64,000 nt of DNA, taken from positions 70,005-134,004 of the forward strand of contig DASTMB010000098.1 of NCBI GenBank assembly GCA_035714365.1. The letters run 5' to 3'. Position 1 is the stretch's first letter. Each line of letters opens with the position of its first letter. The stretch comes from Mycobacteriales bacterium (GTDB lineage Bacteria > Actinomycetota > Actinomycetes > BP-191). The position numbers and the translations under genes were made by a program. Positions 59,259 to 64,000 of this stretch are shown here, in pieces. Under the pieces are notes generated by a model. The model did not search any database. It saw only the letters and a list, made by a program, of their open reading frames with translations, and had not been told where the DNA came from.

Positions 59259-60923
59259 ATGCGACGCAGCGCGGACGTGACGCAGGGGGACGAGCGCGCG
59301 CCGGCCCGGGCGATGCTGCGCGCGATCGGCATGACCGACGACGACTGGGACAAGCCGCAGGTCGCGGTCGCCTCCTCGTGGAACGAGGCGACGCCGTGCA
59401 ACCTGCCGCTCGACCGGCTCGCGAAGGACGCGAAGGCGGGCGTGCGCGAGGCGGGCGGGTTCCCGATCGAGTTCACGACGATCGCGGTCAGCGACGGCAT
59501 CTCGATGGGCCACGAGGGGATGCGCGCGAGCCTCGTCTCGCGCGAGGTCATCGCCGACTCGGTCGAGCTGATGGTCCACGCCGAACGCCTCGACGCCGCC
59601 GTTCTCCTGGCCGGCTGCGACAAGAGCCTGCCCGGCATGCTGATGGCGGCGGCGCGGCTGGACGTGCCGAGCGTCTTCCTCTACGGCGGCTCGATCCTGC
59701 CCGGGCACCTCGCCGACGGGACGGCGGTGACGATCCAGGACGTGTTCGAGGCGGTCGGCGCCTGCGCGCTCGGCCGGATCACCCGCGAGCGCCTCGGCGA
59801 GATCGAACGCGCCGCGTGCCCCGGGGAGGGCTCGTGCGGCGGCATGTTCACCGCGAACACCATGGCCAGCGCCGCCGAGGCGCTCGGCATGGCGCTGCCG
59901 GGCAGCTCGTCGCCGCCGGCGGTGGACCCGCAGCGCGCCGACCTCGCGCGCCGCTCCGGCGAGGCGGTCGTCGCGCTCACCGAGGCCGGCGTCACCGCGC
60001 GTCGCATCCTGACGCGGAGCGCGTTCGAGAACGCCGTCGCCGTCGTCATGGCGCTCGGCGGCTCCACCAACGCGGTGCTCCACCTGCTGGCGATCGCGCA
60101 CGAGGCGCGGGTGCCGTTGGACCTCGACGACTTCGACCGGATCGGCCGCAAGGTGCCGCACCTGGCCGACGTGAAGCCGTTCGGCCGCTACGTCATGAGC
60201 GACGTCGACGCGGTCGGCGGCGTGCCGGTCGTCATGCGGCACCTGCTCGACGCCGGGCTGCTCGACGGCGATGCGCTCACCGTCACCGGCCGCACGATCG
60301 CCCAGAACCTCGCCGCGATCGCGCCCGCCGCCCCGGACGGCGAGGTGGTCCGGCCGCTGGACCGCCCGATCCACGCGAGCGGCGGCCTGGCGATCCTGCG
60401 CGGCACGCTGGCACCCGACGGCGCGGTCGTGAAGACGGCGGGCATGGACGCGCTGGTGTTCGAGGGGACGGCGCGGGTCTTCGACGGCGAGGCCGCCGCG
60501 ATGGCCGCCGTCACCGAGGGCCGGATCAGCCCGCGCGACGTCATCGTGATCCGGTGGGAGGGGCCGAAGGGCGGCCCCGGGATGCGGGAGATGCTGGCGG
60601 TCACCGCGGCCGTGAAGGGCGCCGGGCTCGGCAGCGACGTCGCGCTGCTGACCGACGGGCGGTTCAGCGGGGCGACGTTCGGGCTCTGCGTCGGGCACGT
60701 CGCGCCGGAGGCCGCCGACGGCGGGCCGATCGCGCTCGTGGCGGAGGGGGACCGCGTCCTGCTCGACGTCCCCAACCGTCGGCTCGACCTGCTGGTCGAC
60801 CCAGACGAGCTCGACCGCCGCCGCGCTGCCTGGCGCCCCCTCCCGCCGCGGTACGAGCGCGGCGCGCTCGCGAAGTACGCCCGGCTCGTCTCCTCCGCGG
60901 CCCGCGGCGCCGTCTGCGACTGA
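59259..60923 (+). CDS. ilvD: Dihydroxy-acid dehydratase
   Basis: [25 protein letters not shown]...[18 protein letters not shown]...[16 protein letters not shown] (Fe-S cluster Cys ligands). Confidence 0.9.
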   Translation: MRRSADVTQGDERAPARAMLRAIGMTDDDWDKPQVAVASSWNEATPCNLPLDRLAKDAKAGVREAGGFPIEFTTIAVSDGISMGHEGMRASLVSREVIADSVELMVHAERLDAAVLLAGCDKSLPGMLMAAARLDVPSVFLYGGSILPGHLADGTAVTIQDVFEAVGACALGRITRERLGEIERAACPGEGSCGGMFTANTMASAAEALGMALPGSSSPPAVDPQRADLARRSGEAVVALTEAGVTARRILTRSAFENAVAVVMALGGSTNAVLHLLAIAHEARVPLDLDDFDRIGRKVPHLADVKPFGRYVMSDVDAVGGVPVVMRHLLDAGLLDGDALTVTGRTIAQNLAAIAPAAPDGEVVRPLDRPIHASGGLAILRGTLAPDGAVVKTAGMDALVFEGTARVFDGEAAAMAAVTEGRISPRDVIVIRWEGPKGGPGMREMLAVTAAVKGAGLGSDVALLTDGRFSGATFGLCVGHVAPEAADGGPIALVAEGDRVLLDVPNRRLDLLVDPDELDRRRAAWRPLPPRYERGALAKYARLVSSAARGAVCD

Positions 60924-60944
60924 GAGCGGACACGACGCGCGCTG

Positions 60945-61421
60945 CTAGTGCCTGGCCGCCACGACCGCGAGGGCCCAGACGGTCCGCGAGTCCGTGCTGA
61001 CCTTGATGGTCACCGAGGCCGTTCCGGTCGGGCGCGCCAACGTGATGGTCACCGGGTGGTCGTAACAGTTGGACCCGCTCTGCTGAACTCCGTCGACCCG
61101 CACCCACGCCGGTCCGCCGACGCAGTGCCAGAGGATCGAGTACCTCGCCGGGACTCGCAGCCGGCCGAGATCACGCGTGCCCGCCCCCAGCACCTCCGGC
61201 AGCACCACCCGGTCGGCCGAAAGGATCGGGACGTGAACACCGAACGTCGAGACGACGTCGGGCGTCAGGACCGGGTGCGTCGGCGACGGCTGGACGACGG
61301 GGCGCGATGCCGAGCACTCGACCGCGCCGAGCACCGCCGCTGCCACGACGACGAGACGGCCGGCTCTCGTCCCTGGACGGTCCTTCATCGACGGCCTGAC
61401 CCGGCCCGATCGACGGTTCAT
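60945..61421 (-). CDS. Secreted hypothetical protein
   Basis: ATG preceded by GGAGGAGG RBS gives MNRRSGRVRPSMKDRPGTRAGRLVVVAAAVLGAVECSAS (signal peptide). 158 aa; no family recognised. Confidence 0.4.
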   Translation of the reverse strand: MNRRSGRVRPSMKDRPGTRAGRLVVVAAAVLGAVECSASRPVVQPSPTHPVLTPDVVSTFGVHVPILSADRVVLPEVLGAGTRDLGRLRVPARYSILWHCVGGPAWVRVDGVQQSGSNCYDHPVTITLARPTGTASVTIKVSTDSRTVWALAVVAARH

Positions 61422-61714
61422 GTGCCTCCTCCGGTCGTGGCGTTGCGGGCGGTCCAGCACAGGCCGCGCCGCGGTGTACTCCTGTCCTGATAGAGACGAA
61501 TCTGGACGAGGTGGACGCAGTCGGGGCGCAGGACTCTCGGGGAGAGTCGGGTATCTGACATATCGCCCGCCGTCACGCGCCCGGCGCCCCGATGAGGGCC
61601 GAACGTCCCGCGTACTAGCCCGATCGGACCAGCCCGAACGGCCCCGCCCGACGTTTCAGTCGGCCGCACCGTTGCCGATGTTCTCGGGGAAGACGGAGGG
61701 AGCGGGCCGCGACC

Positions 61715-64000
61715 GTGCCACGACCGAACGAGTTCCGCCGTGCCGGGGCGCTGTGCGCCGCCGGCTCCGCGGCGTTCCTCGGCTGGTCGCTGGCGCCCGC
61801 CTCGCGCGGGTTCGCGGGCAGCGTCGTCTCGGACCTGGTCTGCCTCGTGGCCGCCGTCGCGCTCGCGTCGGTGTCGCTGCACGCGGCGCTCCAGTGCACC
61901 GGGCGGCGCCGGCTCCACCTCCTGCTCATGGGCGCGGGCGGCGCCTGCTGGGCGGTCGGGCAGACGCTCTGGGCGGTGTTCGACCTCCTGCTGCGGACGC
62001 GGGCGCCGTTCCCGTCCCTCGCCGACGCCGGGTCGCTGGCGTTCGTGCCGCTGGTAGGCCTCGCGACGTTGCTGCTGCCGGAGGCGCCGGAGGACCTGCG
62101 CGGCCGCGTGCGGGTCGCGCTCGACGGGCTGCTCATCGGCGGCTCGCTGCTGTTCCTGTCGTGGGCGACGGTCCTCGGCCCGGCGTACCGGCAGGGCGGG
62201 GAGTCGCCCGCCGGCGCTGTGGTCGCGGTGGCCTACCCGTTCGCCGACGTCGTGCTGGCGACGATCGCGCTGTCGGTGCTGACCCGGCTGCGCGGCCGCA
62301 ACCGCATCCAGCCGTTCTGCGTCGCCGCCGGGCTGCTCGCGTTCGTCGTGGCGGACAGCGGGTTCGCGGTGCTGTCGATGCGCGGCGCGTACCGCTCCGG
62401 CACCCTCACCGACCTCGGCTGGGTCGCCGGCGCGCTGCTCATGGCGCTCGCCGCGCTGGCCCCCGCGTACGACGGCGTCGGCCGCCGCGCCGACGACGCC
62501 AAGACGTTCAGCGCGCTGCCGTACCTGCCGCTCGCGTTCGCGGCCGCCGTGGCGTTCTGGTCCGGCGTCGCCCACGATGGCCTGGCCGGCACCGAGACGA
62601 CGATCGGTGTCGGCGTCGTCGTGCTGGTCGTCCTGCGCCAGCTCCTCTCCGTCTCCGACAACGCCCGCCTGACCCGGTCGCTGGCCGCCGCCATGCACGA
62701 GGCGCAGCAGCGCGAGGAGCACTTCCGCTCGCTCGTGCAGGGCTCGTCGGACGTGCTGACGATCTGCGAGCGCGACGGCACCATCCGGTTCATCTCGCCG
62801 GCCGTCTACCGCGTGTTCGGCTACCACCCGGACGACCTGATCGGCACCCACCTCGCCGAGCTGGTGCACCCGGACGACCGCGACCGCGTCGTCGGCGAGG
62901 TCGCCGACGCCGTCCTCAACCCGGGCCACCCGATCCTGATCCAGTGCCGCTACCGCTGCGCCGACGAACGCTGGATCCACGTCGAGGCGCTGCTGTCGAA
63001 CGACCTCGACCACCCGCACATCGCCGGCCTGGTCTTCAACACCCGCGACGTCAGCGAGCGCAAGGAGCTGGAACGCCAGCTCACGCACCAGGCGTTCCAC
63101 GACCCGCTCACCGGGCTCGCGAACCGCGCGCTGTTCCGCGACCGGGTGCGGCACGCGCTCGCGCTACGGCGGCGGACGTTGCAGCCGCTGGCGGTGCTGT
63201 TCCTCGACCTCGACGGCTTCAAGGCCATCAACGACTCCCTCGGCCACGCGCACGGCGACCGCCTGCTCGGCGCCGTCGCCGGCCGGCTGCAGGCCTGCGT
63301 CCGCCCCGGCGACACCGTCGCGCGGCTCGGCGGCGACGAGTTCGCGGTGCTGCTCGAGGAGCTCGACGGCGTGCACGTCGCGCAGCAGGTCGCGCAACGG
63401 TTCATCGCCGAGCTCCAGTCGCCGTTCGCGCTCGACGGCCACGACGTCGTCGTCGGCGCGAGCGTCGGCCTCGCGCTCGCCGAGGTCGACGACGACGCCG
63501 ACGAGCTGCTGCGCAACGCCGACCTCGCGATGTACCGCGCGAAGACGCTCGGCAAGAACCGCTGCGAGATCTTCGAGCCGGACATGCACGCCGCCGCGCT
63601 CGACCGGATGGCCATCGAGAACGACCTGCGCCACGCCGTGGTCCGCGACGAGCTGCGGCTGCACTACCAGCCAGTTGTGGAGCTCGCGACCGGCCGCGTC
63701 GTCGGCGTCGAGGCGCTGCTGCGCTGGCAGCACCCGGAGCGCGGGCTGGTCTCGCCGCTGGACTTCATCTCCGTCGCGGAGGAGAGCGGCATCATCGTGC
63801 CGGTCGGCCGCTGGGTGCTCACCGAGGCGCTGCGCCAGGTCGCCCGCTGGCGCCGCGAGACGGGCCTGCCGTTGCGGCTGTCGGTCAACATCTCCGCCCG
63901 CCAGCTCCAGGCGCCGCGGCTCGCCGAGCACGTCGCGAAGACGTTGCGCTCCACGGGTGTCAGCCCCAACGACCTCGTCCTCGAGATCACGGAGTCGATG
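61715..64000 (+). CDS. Membrane-anchored PAS-GGDEF-EAL protein (partial; continues past window end)
   Basis: GTG start after a GGAGGGAG RBS; ~9 hydrophobic helices; PAS (ICERDGTIRFISPAVYRVFGYHPDDLIG); GGDEF (RLGGDEFAVLL); EAL start (ELRLHYQP...LEITESM). The frame is open to position 64000. The minus-strand track ORFs 61418..63154 and 62950..63615 are antisense artefacts. Confidence 0.7.
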   Translation, partial: MPRPNEFRRAGALCAAGSAAFLGWSLAPASRGFAGSVVSDLVCLVAAVALASVSLHAALQCTGRRRLHLLLMGAGGACWAVGQTLWAVFDLLLRTRAPFPSLADAGSLAFVPLVGLATLLLPEAPEDLRGRVRVALDGLLIGGSLLFLSWATVLGPAYRQGGESPAGAVVAVAYPFADVVLATIALSVLTRLRGRNRIQPFCVAAGLLAFVVADSGFAVLSMRGAYRSGTLTDLGWVAGALLMALAALAPAYDGVGRRADDAKTFSALPYLPLAFAAAVAFWSGVAHDGLAGTETTIGVGVVVLVVLRQLLSVSDNARLTRSLAAAMHEAQQREEHFRSLVQGSSDVLTICERDGTIRFISPAVYRVFGYHPDDLIGTHLAELVHPDDRDRVVGEVADAVLNPGHPILIQCRYRCADERWIHVEALLSNDLDHPHIAGLVFNTRDVSERKELERQLTHQAFHDPLTGLANRALFRDRVRHALALRRRTLQPLAVLFLDLDGFKAINDSLGHAHGDRLLGAVAGRLQACVRPGDTVARLGGDEFAVLLEELDGVHVAQQVAQRFIAELQSPFALDGHDVVVGASVGLALAEVDDDADELLRNADLAMYRAKTLGKNRCEIFEPDMHAAALDRMAIENDLRHAVVRDELRLHYQPVVELATGRVVGVEALLRWQHPERGLVSPLDFISVAEESGIIVPVGRWVLTEALRQVARWRRETGLPLRLSVNISARQLQAPRLAEHVAKTLRSTGVSPNDLVLEITESM

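Noticed and set aside
58689-63990. Long minus-strand ORFs 58689..60698 (upstream part), 61418..63154, 62950..63615, 63164..63931 and plus ORF 61740..62057
   Set aside because: Antisense or off-frame to ilvD and to the PAS-GGDEF-EAL gene. Only the C-terminal 150 codons of 58689..60698 form a credible gene (reported separately).

Overview
This is a high-GC actinobacterial chromosomal segment (>70% GC by eye; sequence only, no database searches). About 50 coding regions are supported. I found no rRNA or tRNA genes, no CRISPR array and no recognisable transposase or integrase.

The window is dominated by two conserved themes. The first is an alpha-glucan (GlgE pathway) cluster: glgB, mak/pep2, treS, glgE, glgP and glgX. 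Unrelated genes interrupt it: two paralogous DUF2207 membrane proteins, a Mrr-like restriction endonuclease, and a pair of secreted proteins, one with BNR repeats. The second is a neighbourhood that matches the gene content and order of the Mycobacterium tuberculosis Rv3009c-Rv3039c region: gatCAB, ligA, an Rv3015c-like MetE-fold protein, iscS-mnmA, etfBA, and the methylglucose-lipopolysaccharide (MGLP) set. The MGLP set is a GT4 glucosyltransferase, a GH57 branching enzyme, two SAM methyltransferases, a hexapeptide acyltransferase and an enoyl-CoA hydratase.

Here the MGLP genes are split into two blocks by about 5 kb. That insertion carries a secreted protein, a PAP2/vanadium-haloperoxidase-like protein, a DUF4242-like protein and a large LuxR-type ATPase regulator; a GAF sensor histidine kinase gene also lies between the two blocks.

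The most interesting element is a roughly 1.6 kb patch of clearly lower GC lying between gatB and a secreted-protein gene. It encodes a single 530-aa protein whose N-terminal half is a defence-type SIR2 (SIR2_2) NADase domain and whose C-terminal 240 aa have no recognisable fold; no partner gene lies in or beside the patch. I read this as a candidate single-gene NAD-depleting anti-phage system of an undescribed architecture.

Other points worth a second look are:
- a small low-GC membrane-protein gene wedged between glgP and glgX;
- a large nested palindrome with SD/anti-SD pairing in front of the echA-methyltransferase-acyltransferase operon;
- a PaaK-like adenylating enzyme without a P-loop;
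- two secreted cysteine-rich mini-proteins;
- an HExxH secreted protein with an overlapping lipoprotein gene;
- a conserved gene with no canonical start codon.
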